From Centroscyllium fabricii (Eukaryota), in the NCBI GenBank assembly GCA_051313645.2, contig JBNRSN020000002.1, forward strand, positions 552,544,001-552,608,000: DNA of 64,000 nt. The letters run 5' to 3'. Under the pieces are notes generated by a model. That model was not told the DNA's origin. It saw only the letters and a list, made by a program, of their open reading frames with translations, and searched no databases. A program made the position numbers and the translations under genes. Of the stretch, positions 12,064 to 23,970 are shown one piece after another (within the stretch, counting starts at the first letter, position 1; each line of letters opens with the position of its first letter).

Positions 12064-12831
12064 GGCCCTGAAATTCGGGTCCCAACGTGTGAGTACGCGC
12101 TGGGTACTCATGCATAGGCCCATCCGAAGTGCCGGTTTCCTGCATGCACAGCGCATGCGCGCAAAACTGGCACTTCCGATCCCCTGATAGAAGGGGTCAG
12201 GGGTCGGAACACGTGCGCGGGCGCGGCAGCGCGTGCGCACTGCACTTCCGATTTTTTTTTACAGGTTCTGTGTCCGGGTAAGTATGAAAAAGTTACGGCT
12301 GATATTTTCATGTGCAAAGACTGATTTTAAGTAAGTAAGAGGTGAATTAGTTCAAATTAAAACATTTTTTCCACAAGTTTTTTATTTTTAAATACAGTAC
12401 TTTAAAGAAAGGTAAGTTTATTTTTAGCCCCGTTCAAAACTGTAATTAATTTTTCCAAAAATGTAAATTATTGTTTAAAACAGTTACTTCATGTAATTGA
12501 TAGTTATTTAAAACATTTTAATTTAAAAAAATGTATTTGAAGATTTAGTGATGTTTTGGGGCTTGTAGTTTTCATACTTTTGACAGCTCTTCCTCTCAAA
12601 CTTATGAATGGAGCATTCTGTGCTCCGATTGGCTCTCCGTGGTCCACGTGATCCCGCGCGATCCCTCGCACTAACTGCGCCGCTCGGATACGTGAGCACG
12701 GCATGCCGGCAGTTGAGGAAGGCCCCGCATCGGAATTTCACGCGTGCCCACAGCTCGACGGCCGGCGCGCTAGGTAAGTGCGGGTTGGAGGTTTGCACCC
12801 GCGGGAAGCCTCCGACCCGAATTTCTGGGCC
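12064..12831. mobile_element. MITE family B (GC-rich arms, AT-rich core)
   Basis: TIR GGCCC(T/A)GAAATTCGGG; homolog at 54028-54772, more distant relative at 31855-32616. Confidence 0.75.
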
Positions 12832-13494
12832 ATTGATTTTTCTTTCAGCACTAGTTGATAAAAGCGCTTTTAAGTATAAAGTGTTGAGCACATTGCAAAA
12901 CGCTAAGATTTGCCATCTCTATGACACAGAATGATTGCTGTAATATGTACGCTTTCTTTAAAAGCAGCAAGTTGCCTGGAGAGTGAGCAAGCTACAGTTC
13001 CAATAGTGACCACAGAGGGGAGCAACGCCTACCGATGAACGTGCAGTGAGATTCACACACAGGACGGTGGAAAGGATGAGTTCAATATGCTTCTTGAAAA
13101 TAACCTGAACATCTAACTCTCCTTAAATTCCATCGCGCCTCATGCGTCTTCTGGTCACACTCTAGGTACTCTGCGAAAATATTTTGTTCAAATGTAATTT
13201 TTCTCCATCAAGATGAGGGGACTCCGGTGCCAGTGAGAGAGGGAAAGAACAGAGAACAAAACATCTGCTGACAGTCTGCAGCTTGGCCCCAAGTCAGGAC
13301 GTGGTCAGGAAGCTACATTTTGTTGGCACCGACATATCCTATCAAATACCTCCCTGTCTCAATGCCACACGCCATGCTGTCAGTCGAGAGGAGGTAAATG
13401 ATACAGAGCATACAAAGAGCAAGTCACAGAAACATAGTAACATAGGAGCAGGAGTAGGCCATTTGGCCCCTCGAGCCCGCTCCGCCATTATATA

Positions 13495-14008
13495 GAAACA
13501 TAGGAGTAGGCCAATCGGCCCCTCGAGCCTGCTCCACCATTTAACAAGATCATGGCTGATCTGATCTTAACCTCAATTTTATTTTTACTCTCCATCCCGC
13601 CCAAACCCATGTGATAACCCGGGAGAGGCGAAAAACCAGATTAAAAACCCAGTGGCCAATTTGGGAGAAAAAATCTGGGAAATTCCTCACCGACCCATCT
13701 AGGCGATCGAAAACTGGTCCAGGAGATCACACGGCCGATCTGAAACTAGCCTCACGTCCACTTACCTGCCCGCTCACCATAACCCATAATTACCTTTACT
13801 TCCAGGAAACTGTCTATCTCTGTTTTAAATGTATTCAATGAATTGGCCTCCACTGCCTTCTGTGGTAGAGAATTCCACAGGTTCATCACTCTCTGGGTGA
13901 AGAAATTCCTCCTCATCTCTGTCCTAAATGGCTTGCCCCTTATCCTTAGACTGTGACCCCTGGTTCTGGACTCGCCGGCCATCGGGAACATCCTGCCTGT
14001 ATCTAGTT
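13495..14008 (-). mobile_element. CR1 3' fragment with extended structured 3' UTR
   Basis: ORF2 end GYGERAGKWT*; extra 3' UTR module shared with the copy at 40155-40860. Confidence 0.85.
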
Positions 14009-15409
14009 CAATATGATCATGGCTGATCCTCTATTTCAATACCATGTTCCTGCTCTCTCCTCATACCCCTTGATGCCTTTTGTGTCTAGTCATTTTTCAT
14101 CAGAAACATTACACCTCTTGCATCCATTTCGCTCCCGATTCTCCCTGGGGTCCAGCACCCCAAGCGACAGGCGTCCTCCAGTACGTCTCTCCCGTGCCCG
14201 AGGTTGTAATGCTCGCACGCCTCTCTACCGTGGAGAGTATCACAGCCGAGCCCTATTCTGACCCACAGCCCCTCCGCCCTCGTTCTCCAGCGTATGACGC
14301 AGTTGCGCACAGTGTTCCCGCTAATTTCTTTTTTTTGGATGCGGAGCTCCTTTAAGGGGCTGTGCGGGGCCCACTCGAATTTCAGCCCGCGCGCGGGTTT
14401 TCCACTGTGAAGCCACTGCGCATCCTGCACGGGGAACCTCCAGAGGGCGCTGTGCAGCCGCCCTGCAGATTAATGGGGACATTGGTTGTACAAGGTCTGA
14501 TCTACGGCATCTAAGAATAGAATTTTAACCCCTTTTATCCAGTTTTGGGGCCGCTCGGATCTCAAACCCGAACCCAACCTGCCTCGAACCCGTCCACTTC
14601 CAGGTTTTAATGGAGGCGGGATGGGGAGCAGGCAGCCAACCCGCTCCCAGGAGGCGGGTTGGCCATCTAAATATTTCATCTGTCTTCCAGGTTTAACTCT
14701 GGCCAGCCGTGTTTCCCAGGACTCGGGAAACCCGGCAGCTGAAGGGAGGCGAGGACTGCAGCGTGGAAGAGGTCCGTGCCTTTCCAGCACTGCTTGTGGG
14801 CCAGGAGGAGCAGGAGCGCTTTACCCGCACCCCCAGCAAACCTGCGTTTCCCCGCCAAGATCACCCCCCCTTCACAGGGCCACTGACACCCCCTCAAGGA
14901 TCAGACCCTCCCCCCAAGAATTAGCCCCCGCCCCGCTACCTCTACCACTGTCGTCGGCTCTCTATCTGCCCCTGGCCTGCATCTCCTCCGGAGCGTTCCC
15001 TGCCTGACCGGGAGTCAAGCCCATCAAGCTTCCGGGCGGGAAACCTGTCGGGATAAAAGAAGCCGCATACTGCCAGTGGGGACCGTAACTCCTCCCTCCG
15101 CTCGGAAAACCCACTCCATCTGAGACCGGGGCCTAACTCTTTGCCCCGCTTAGCGATCGAGGGAGTTTGCTTGAACCCTTTTTCAGGCGGCCATGTGTCC
15201 ACACAAACATGTGACCACTGTACGGTTTCCTTTCAAAGACTGATCAATACGACAGCATCCTGAATTACAGAGTAGAGGTGGGAGGAGGGAGTGGCGAGTA
15301 CCTGGAATCTGCACAAACCCCGACCAGTCAAAAACAGGAAGTAATCATATGGCAGCAGAGGGCAGATTTTCTGAGTTTGCGCTGACCACAATTCGGATAT
15401 AAACAGCAA

Positions 15410-15812
15410 TTGGGCGGGGCTTCCTGGCAATGGCGAGCCTTTCCCACTGATGGGCGGGGCTTCCTGGCAATGGCGAGCCTTCCCACTGATGGGCGGGGCT
15501 TGCTGGCAATGGCGAGCCTTCCCACTGATGGGCGGGGCTTCCCACAGATGGGCGGGGCTTCCTGACGATGTGCGAAGCTAACCGCCAGTGGGTGGAGTTT
15601 ACAGTTCACGGGCGGGGCTTCCCACTGATGGGCGGGGCTTTCTGACAATGGGCAAAGCTAACTGCCAGTGGGTGGAGCTTATAGTTCATGGGCGGAGCTT
15701 CCCACTGATGGGCGGGGCTTCCCACTGATGGGCGGGGCTTTCTGATGATGGGCGAAGCTCACCGCCAGTGGGTGGGCTTACAGTTCATGGGTGGAGCTTG
15801 CCACTGATGGCG
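15410..15812. repeat. Degenerate tandem repeat rich in GGGCGGGGCTT
   Basis: Recurrent units GGGCGGGGCTTCCCACTGAT and GGCAATGGCGAGCCTT. Confidence 0.85.
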
Positions 15813-16697
15813 GGGGAGGGGGGTATACAACCAATGGGATGGGCGCTGTACCAGGCACATCCAACTCAAAAAATGAATCACCCCTCTGCCCCATACTCTC
15901 GACCCTACCACAATTCTGTACATTTTTATGTCCACGGACGTTCTACAATAGCACCGCCACAAAAATGTCTTTTGCAATGGTGGACGGGGAGGGCAGCTAC
16001 GGCAATTCTTTTCCACTTTCACCCACTTGCTCCCCAATGGGAGGGGACCTTCACTTCGATCGCTGCCCTCTCTGCAGGGAAGCAACTGTCTGTCCTCTTG
16101 CCCCGCACTCCACACAATGACAGAACTGAGGTCAGGAACTCGGTATGGGGCTGGGCTCAGGGTCACCTGTGTCCATACACCCTGCGCTACAGCTAAAGCA
16201 CAACGCCACTCATACACAGCCTACTCCTGAGAAATCAAAGTGGGCTTATTGGGCTAAAATAAGTCAATTATCCAATAATTTGAATTAAGCAATGTAAATA
16301 ACATAGCAAAGGGTGAACATAATGCTGAAAAGTTAAGAGTGTAGATTATTAACACTCCATGGGCTCCCCTGTTGAACGCTGTTGTTGAAATCACACATTT
16401 TTCCAGATTTCAGCTTTTCGGATCGACCATGAGATGTTTCCTAGGTTGGCATCTCGTCAGCATGTTACTTCTCTTACTGAATACGACCGTGAGGACTGCT
16501 TGCTTTTGTATAGGTCACATTGTCCTTTGCAAATTCAGACACAGGTTTAACAGAAGTCTGTCGATATGATCGAAGAGTTCCCAGGAGCCTGGCAATATTT
16601 ACAGCCCTCTCCCCAACAGTGAGGTTTGAAAACCGTTAGTCTGATTGGGAGAGTAACAGAAGCATCATTCAGAATCAATAAGAAAATGTATTCTGAC

Positions 16698-16767
16698 CTT
16701 GTTATGATACTGTAACATCTGTGTTATAATTCTTATCTTTGGATTGTAATTTTTGATGGATATCACC
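16698..16767 (-). CDS. KCNMA1: Slo1/BK exon (equivalent to exon 13)
   Basis: polypyrimidine tract, cag|G...AAG|gtcaga, 70 nt; [23 protein letters not shown]. Confidence 0.95.
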
Positions 16768-16914
16768 CTGAAACAAAAAAGGAAAATGTACTTTTAGTTG
16801 CATTAATAGGCCAAAGCCTTGAGTAATAACCATGTCATAAACAAACAGGACACAATCTCCGAAACAGCAGTTGCAGGAAACCTACAAAGCCATGACGTAG
16901 TGTCCGTGACATTA

Positions 16915-17218
16915 CAGGCTGAGCGGCAGTAATCCGGCACCTGATGGTCCGGCACCTTCAGTGGTCCGGCACGAATCGAAACCGGCGGTCTTCAGTTTGC
17001 GGAGCAGCCGCTCGGCAGCGCCACCGTTTCCCCCAAAGGGTGGGCGAGCGCCGAAGGCGTCAGGCGTTTGGGTTTCTGCTTGTAAGTGTTCTATCCCCGG
17101 GCTCCCTCCCGGGGAGTGTTCTACTGCGCGCTCCCCCCGAACCTTCAGTGGTTCAGAATTTTCAATGGTCCGGCACAGGCCTGGTCCCGAGGGTGCCGGA
17201 TTACTGGCGCTCACCCTG
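16915..17218 (+). mobile_element. Tc1/mariner-type MITE
   Basis: TA|CAGGCTGAGC...TAATCCGGCACC TIRs; same family as 48727-50308. Confidence 0.8.
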
Positions 17219-17315
17219 CATTACTCAAGATGTGGAGGTGCCGGTGTTGGACTGGGGTGGACAAATGCAAGAAGTCACACAACACCAGGTTATAGTCCAA
17301 CAGTTTTATTTGAAA

Positions 17316-17352
17316 TCACAAGCTTTCGGAGCGCTGCTCCTTCCTCAGGTGA
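17316..17352 (-). ncRNA. Minimal hammerhead ribozyme motif, sense to host pre-mRNA
   Basis: TCAC-CTGAGGA-A-GGAG(cagcg)CTCC-GAA-AGCT-T-GTGA. Confidence 0.65.
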
Positions 17353-17480
17353 AAGAGAAGTTCATTTAAAGACAGCACATATACAAGGGAGAGAGCAATC
17401 TAATCTCGCGCTGTGTGATGTTGGAGAGATTAGACTGCTCACTCCCTTGTATATGTGCTGTCTTTAAATGAACTTCTCTT

Positions 17481-17517
17481 TCACCTGAGGAAGGAGCAGC
17501 GCTCCGAAAGCTTGTGA
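17481..17517 (+). ncRNA. Minimal hammerhead ribozyme motif
   Basis: Identical motif on the plus strand. Confidence 0.65.
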
Positions 17518-17785
17518 TTTCAAATAAAACTGTTGGACTATAACCTGGTGTTGTGTGACTTCTTGCATTTGTATTACTCAAGGCTGTGTTTCTACAATTG
17601 GGTTTGAGTAAAACAGAAAACAAATGACTGTCTCCATATTTGTTCCTTCAGCAGCTATGTTGTTATCTATTAATAAGAACATAAGAAATAGGAGCAGGAG
17701 TAGGCCATACAGCCCCTCGAGTCTGCTCCGCCATTCAGTAAGATCATGGCCGACTCATCCTCCGCACCTCAATGGGAACTTACGA

Positions 17786-18597
17786 CAGGTTGAGCACCGT
17801 TAATCCGGCACGGGCGGGACCAGGCCCGTGCCGGGAAAGTGAAAATCCCGAACGATTGAAGCTTCGGCGAGCGCATGCGCAGACCATTCAAAATGGCTGC
17901 CACGAAAGGCTGGCGGTCATTTTGAGTGGTCGGCGCATGCGCTTATCATTCGGGGAGTCCCGGCCCGCAATCGGGGAGTCCCGACCCAGCCTGCTATCGG
18001 CTTGGGGCGGCACGGTGGCATAGTGATTAGCACTGTTGCCTCACAATGCCAGGGGCCCGGGTTCAAATCCAGCCTCGAGGTACTATCTGTGTGGAGTTTG
18101 CACATTCTCCCCCGTGTCTGCGTGGGTTTCCTCCGGGTGCTCCGGTTTCCTCCCACAGTCCAAAGATGTGCGGGTTAGGTTGATTGGCCAGGATAAATTG
18201 ACCCTTAGTATTCGGGGGATTGAATATGTGGGGTTACGGGGATAGGGTGGGATATTTATCGGTGCAGGCTCGATAGGGATCGAGCGATATGGGGAGAAGG
18301 CAGGGATGGGGTACTGGGTTTGGATGATCAGCCATGATCTCATTGAATGGCGGAGCAGGCTCGACAGGGCCGAATGGCCTACTCCTGCTCCTATCTTCTA
18401 TGTTTCTATGTCTGTATGTTAGACCATTGTGAATGATCAGCGCATGCGCTCGCCGTTCGGCGGCGCATGCGCAGATCATTCGCCGAAGCATTAATTACGG
18501 CGGCCATTTTGCGCATGCGCGGGGCAGTCGGGGAAATTATTGCCGGATGTTCGAAGTTGCCGGATTTTCGGGTAACGGATTAACGCTGCTCTACCTG
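17786..18597. mobile_element. Tc1/mariner-type MITE with nested HE1 SINE (about 18004-18420, +)
   Basis: TIR CAGGTTGAGCACCGTTAATCCG/CGGATTAACGCTGCTCTACCTG. Confidence 0.7.
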
Positions 18598-19291
18598 GAT
18601 TAACTTCGAGACTATATGCCCCTGCTGGTTGTATACAGGATTACACATCATAGCCCAAAACACACGAACCAACTGAGCAAATCTGTGCACGATGAGAATG
18701 GGGTGAATTTCCTTGGGTCTTCGCCCGCTGTGCTGCTGTGACTTTGGCGTAAACCCCATTTACACACTTCCACCAAAGTTATAGCGGGGGTGGGGGGTGG
18801 GGGAGGGAGATCCAAGGTTCACCCGGAACACTGTTCCCTGTAATAATTTGGGGGGGGCGCGGCCAAATCAAAAGTCCGCGGATACGCGTTTTTTTTCCCC
18901 AATGTGAAAACTAGCTCACTGGCTGGGCGGGACCCCTGGAGCGCCGTGCAGCTTAAAGGGAATGTTGACAAGGAGTTGCATTTCTTTTCTCCTGTTTTAT
19001 TCATGCTCGGACCATTACCGCAGTGCTACAGACTATTCCTCGACTGACAAGGCTAGTTACCTGCCCCCCGCCCCCACCCCAGCAGTCTGATAATGCTACC
19101 CTGCAACCATTCGCGACTGGGTACACGAGGACATCCAGGATTAACTGGGCCCCTGATATTCCCCAGCCCGCGTCTCTGTACCAATGGGTATTCCATGAAG
19201 GATTAATACATGCTGCAGACACCACATCATGCTAACTGTCACTACACGCTTTTCACTAGGGTGCCTGAGATGATAGTTATTTTCCGAAGTT

Positions 19292-19562
19292 ATAAACCAT
19301 TTAGGACAGAGATGAGGAGGAATTTCTTCACCCAGAGAGTGGTGAACCTGTGGAATTCTCTATCACAGAAGGCAGTAGAGGCCAATTCATTAAATCTATT
19401 CAAGAAGGAGTTAGATATATTTCTTAAGGCTAAAGGGATCAAGGGATATGGGGAGAAAGCAGGGACAGGGTACTGGGTTTGGATGATCAGCCATGATCTC
19501 ATTGAATGGCGGAGCAGGCTCGAGGGGCCAAATGGCCTACTCCTGCTCCTATCATCTATGTG
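19292..19562 (+). mobile_element. CR1 3' fragment
   Basis: FFTQRVVNLWNSL...GYGEKAG plus 3' tail. Confidence 0.9.
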
Positions 19563-19930
19563 TCCCTCTGTTACACCTGACTGGACTGGAGCTTACTGAC
19601 GTATCGTCAATAAGACTAAAAGACGAAGAGTTACCTTAACTAAAGGCTTTTATTTACTAAAGAATGGAGCGTGGCTTGGCTGAGCTCAGGGCTGTACTGA
19701 CCGGGGGATGGTAAGCAGCCACCTATATACCTGGACCCAGAGGAGGAGTCAGAGGCGGGGTCAGCTGGGGCAAGCACCTGCAGTCAGGTATTTACAGGTA
19801 TGTACAGAGTTAATAGCCAGGTATTTACAGGTACATTATGGTATCATGACAGTGGTATAACCCAGGTTTACCACATTCACCCCTTCTGTAGAATGAGTCT
19901 GGCGGGGTGAAAGCTTGTCCTTGTCCGCCG

Positions 19931-22900
19931 TCAACATTTCGTGATCAGTCTCTCCGGTGGTTTCGCCTGTCGGAGGGACCGACGGGGTGCCGGTTTCAGT
20001 GGTTCCGGCAGCGGGGTCGGGGGCGTGTTGTCAGCCACGGGTGCTGGCGGCGTGGTGTTAGTCCCCCAGTCGTCGGCTGACGATGTCGAGGGCCCCGGTG
20101 TGTGTCGTGTGTGTATAGGCCAGTGGTCGATGAGTGGTGGCTGGCAGAGCCGGGGCTCGGCCGGGGGTTCGGTGTCCGTGATCCCAGCGGGCACCAGCTC
20201 CCTTATAGAGACCGTGTCCTCACGCCCATCCGGGTATGCCACGTATGCGTACTGCGGGTTGGCATGGAGCAGCTGCACCCGTTCCACCAGGGGGTACGAC
20301 TTGTGGCCGTGGACGTGTTTCCTAAGTAAAACTGGCCCCGGGGTGGTCAGCCACGGCGGGAGCACTGTCCCCGAAGTCGATCTCCTGGGGAACGAAAACA
20401 ATTGTTCATGAGGTGTGGCGTTAGTTGTGGTGCACAGGAGAGAACGAATGGAGTGTAGCACTGTGGGGAGGACCTCTTGCCAACGGGAGACTGGAAGGCC
20501 TCTGGATTTAAGGGCCAGGGTGATCGCCTTCCAGATCGTCCCATTCTCTCTCTCTACCTGGCCGTTCCCCCGGGGGTTGTAACTGGCCGTTCTGCTCGAG
20601 GCAATCCCCCGCTGGAGCAGAAACTGACGCAGTTCGTCGCTCATGAACGACAACCCCCGGTCGCTGGGGAGGCCGAAGATCGCGAAGAGCATGATGAAGT
20701 GTTTGATCACCATCGTGCTCGTCATGTCTGGGCAGGGGAAGGCAAAGGGGAAGCGGGAGAACTCGTCAATGACCGTGAGGAAGTATGAGTTGCGGTCAGT
20801 GGAAGGGAGGGGACCTTTGAAGTCCACACTCAGGCGCTCGAAGGGGCGGGTGGCCTTGATGAGGTGCGCCCTGTCTGGCCTGTAAAATTGGGGTTTGCAC
20901 TCAGCACAGACAGGGCATTCTTTGGTCATGGCCTTGATCTCCGTAATGGAGTAGGGGAGGTTGCGGGACTTGACAAAGTGTGCGAGTCTGGTGACTCCCG
21001 GGTGGCAGAGGCTATCGTGGAGGGCCTGCAGCCTGTTGAGCTGGGCACTGGCGCATGTTCCCCTGGACAGGGCGTCCGGGGGCTCGTTGAGCTTACCGGG
21101 CCGGTAAAGAATGTCGTACTCTTAAGTCAAGAGCTCGATCCGCCACCGGAGGATCTTGTCATTCTTGATTTTACCCCGTTGTTTGTTGTTGAACATGAAC
21201 GCCACCGACCACTGGTCAGTGAGCAGGGTAAATTTCTTAGCGGCCAGGTAGTGGCGCCAGTAGCGCACTGTCTCCACGATAGCTTGGGCCTCCTTCTCCA
21301 CTGAGGAGTGGCGAATTTCCGGCCCCTGTAAGGTTTGGGAAAAGAAAGCGACGGGCCTGCCCGCCTGGTTGAGGGTGGCGGCCAGGGCAAAGTCCGATGC
21401 GTCGCTCTCGACCTGAAAGGGAATGGACTCATCAACGGCATGCATGGTAGCCTTGATGATATCTTCCTTAATCCAGGCGAAGGCCGCTTGGGCTTCTACT
21501 GGGAGTGGGAAGACAGCAGCCTTGAGAAGAGGCCGGGCCTTATCCGCGTACTGGGGCACCCATTGAGCATAATAGGAGAAAAACCCCAGGCATCTTTTCA
21601 AGGCCTTGAGATTGTGGGGTAGGGGCAGCTCCTGCAGGGGGCGCATACATTGGGGATCGGGGCCGAGGACCCCGTTTTCCACCACGTAGCCGAGGATGGT
21701 GAGACGATTAGTACTAAAGGTACATTTGTCCTCATTGTACGTGAGGTTCAGACGCCGGGCCGTGCGGAGGAATTTGGCAAGGTTGGCATCATGGTCCTGC
21801 TGGTCATGGCCGCAGATGGTGACATTGTCTAAATAGGGGAAGGTGGCCTGCAACTTATTCTGGTCAACCATTCAGTCCATCTCCCGCTTGAAGACCGACA
21901 CTCCATTGGTAACACCGAAGGGGACCCGGAGGAAGTGGTAGAGTCGCCCGTTTGCCTCGATGGCGGTGTACCGGCGATCCGCAGCCCGAATGGGGAGCTG
22001 GTGGTATGCCGACTTAAGGTCAATGGTGGAGAAGACCTTGTACTGGGCGATCTGATTGACCATGTCCGTGATGCGGGGAAGGGGGTACGCGTCGAGCCCA
22101 GTGTAGCGGTTAATGCTCTGGCTATAGTCTATGACCATGCGCAGTTTTTCACCCGTCTTAACCACCATGACTTGGGCCCTCCAAGGGCTGGTACTGGCCT
22201 CGCTGATCCCCTCCTGTAACAGGCGCTCGACCTCCGTCCTGATAAATGCCCGGACCCCGCACTGTATCGGCGACTCTTGGTCGCAATGGGTTTGCAGTTG
22301 GGGTCGAGGTTGGCGAACAGTGAGGGGGGGTTGACCTTCAGCTTGGACAGGCTGCAGGTTGAGCACTGTGGTAGGTTGGGGTCGGCCCGGCTACTGACCG
22401 TGACGGGGGACAAGGGCCCACCGTACGCCATCGTCACGCTCTGCAGGCGGCACTGGAAATCCAGTCCCAGTAACACCGGGGCGCAGAGCTGCAGGAGGAC
22501 GTACAATTTTAAATTACGATACGTTGAACCCCTGATGGTGAGCGTGGCAGTACAGTAGCCAGTGATGTCCGCCGTGTGGGACTTGGAGGCCAGGGAGATT
22601 TGGTAGTGCGTGGGCATGACCCTCAGTGCGTAGCACCGCACCATGTCGGGGTGTACGAAACTCTCTGTACTCCCGGTATCAAACAGGCAGTTTGTGGCAT
22701 GCCCCTCCACCTTGATCTCCATCATGGAGCTAGTCAAGGGGTGTGGCCTAGACTGGTCGACAGTGGCTGAGGCCAGTATTGTGGGTGTGCAGGGGCCCTC
22801 CGATAGCTAGGGCCCTCTCCGGGGTGAGTGGCAAGATGGCCGCGCTGGAGATGGCGGCGCCCACGGTTCGCACGTGGCTGGCCATTGTCATGGCAAAGAT

Positions 22901-23970
22901 GGCGGCGCCCGTGGTTCGCACGCGGCTGGCCACAACTGTATGAAAGATGGCAGCGCCTGTGGTTCGCACGCAGCTGGCCATGATTGTACCAAAGATGTCG
23001 GCGCTGGTGATTCGCACGTGGCCAGCCGCGCCTGTACCAAAGATGGCGGCGCTGGTGATTCGCACGCAGCCGGCCGCCGCCGTGACTTTACTAAAGATGG
23101 TGGTGCACGTGGTTCGCACGCGGCTGTACGCTGCTAGGCCGCGCTACAGCACCGTACCTGTGGCCACGGAGTGGCATCGTTCGCTTCGCAGGCCGCGCTG
23201 TTGAGTCTGAAGGCCGGGCCGGATCTTCAGACTTTGGCGAAGTGGCCCTCCTTCCCGCACTTCGCACAGATCACGCTCCTCGCGGGGCACAGTTGTCGCT
23301 GGTGTTTCGCCTGACCGCAGAAGTAGCAACTGGGGCCTGCTGGCGTCTTCACAGCTGCTGCTGCCGTCGTTGGGGCCTGCACGGGCCGCGTTTGCAACAC
23401 CCAGGGATTAGATGGGCCCGCGTGGGGGTTATCCGGCGCGTATGAGTCCAAGCTCTAGAGAGCCCCGTCGACCACGTTAGATAGCGAGATGGCGGACTCG
23501 AGGGATAGTTTGTCCTGCTCCAGCAGCCGCTGGCGGGCCTGGCTGGACTTGAGCCCCGCTATGTACGCATCGCAGACCAGGTGATTCGCGTACTCCTCTG
23601 CCGTCACTGCCTGGCAGTCGCAGGCCCGTACGAGGGCCTGGAGCGCCTGGAGGAAATCCTCATTGGACTCACCCGGCTGTTGTCTTCTGGCAGACAGTAG
23701 GTGCCTGGCGTAGACCGAGTTGACCGGGCGCAAATAGTGGCCCTTCAGCTTCCCGACAGTATCTTTGTATGTTTTGGTGCCTCTGATGAGCGAGTACACC
23801 CGGCCGCTGACCCTGGAGATCAGTACTTGCAGTTTGTCTTCCTCGCTGGTTGCTTTCACAGCCTTCATGTAGGCCTCGAAACAGCTGAACCAGTGTTCGA
23901 AGTCGTTCGCAGCATTCGGTGCCTGGGGGTTGAAATCTAGGCGATCCGGTCTCACTGCGCTGCTCTCCAT
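19931..23970 (-). pseudogene. Gypsy gag-pol with stops and frameshifts
   Basis: Gag with CCHC knuckles (CYFCGQAKHQRQLC), protease LFDTGS, RT (IDLKSAYHQ, PFG, YLDN), RNase H (SDASD), integrase (CPVC, VDFKG, DRG, VERENG) in PR-RT-RH-IN order. Confidence 0.93.
22832..23126. repeat. 48-bp tandem repeat (about 6 units) inside Gypsy gag-pro linker
   Basis: Unit AGATGGCGGCGCCCGTGGTTCGCACGCGGCTGGCC plus a variable tail; one unit is 54 bp. Confidence 0.85.

Larger units (their letters stand above)
17230..17572. mobile_element. Inverted Penelope-like pseudo-LTR pair (family 1)
   Basis: Long near-perfect inverted repeat, 10-bp target duplication ATTACTCAAG, hammerhead motif in each arm. Confidence 0.8.

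Noticed and set aside
22832-23126. Repeat with variable tails, superficially CRISPR-like
   Set aside because: Lies in frame within Gypsy gag-pro, the variable parts are related to each other, the context is eukaryotic and there are no cas genes
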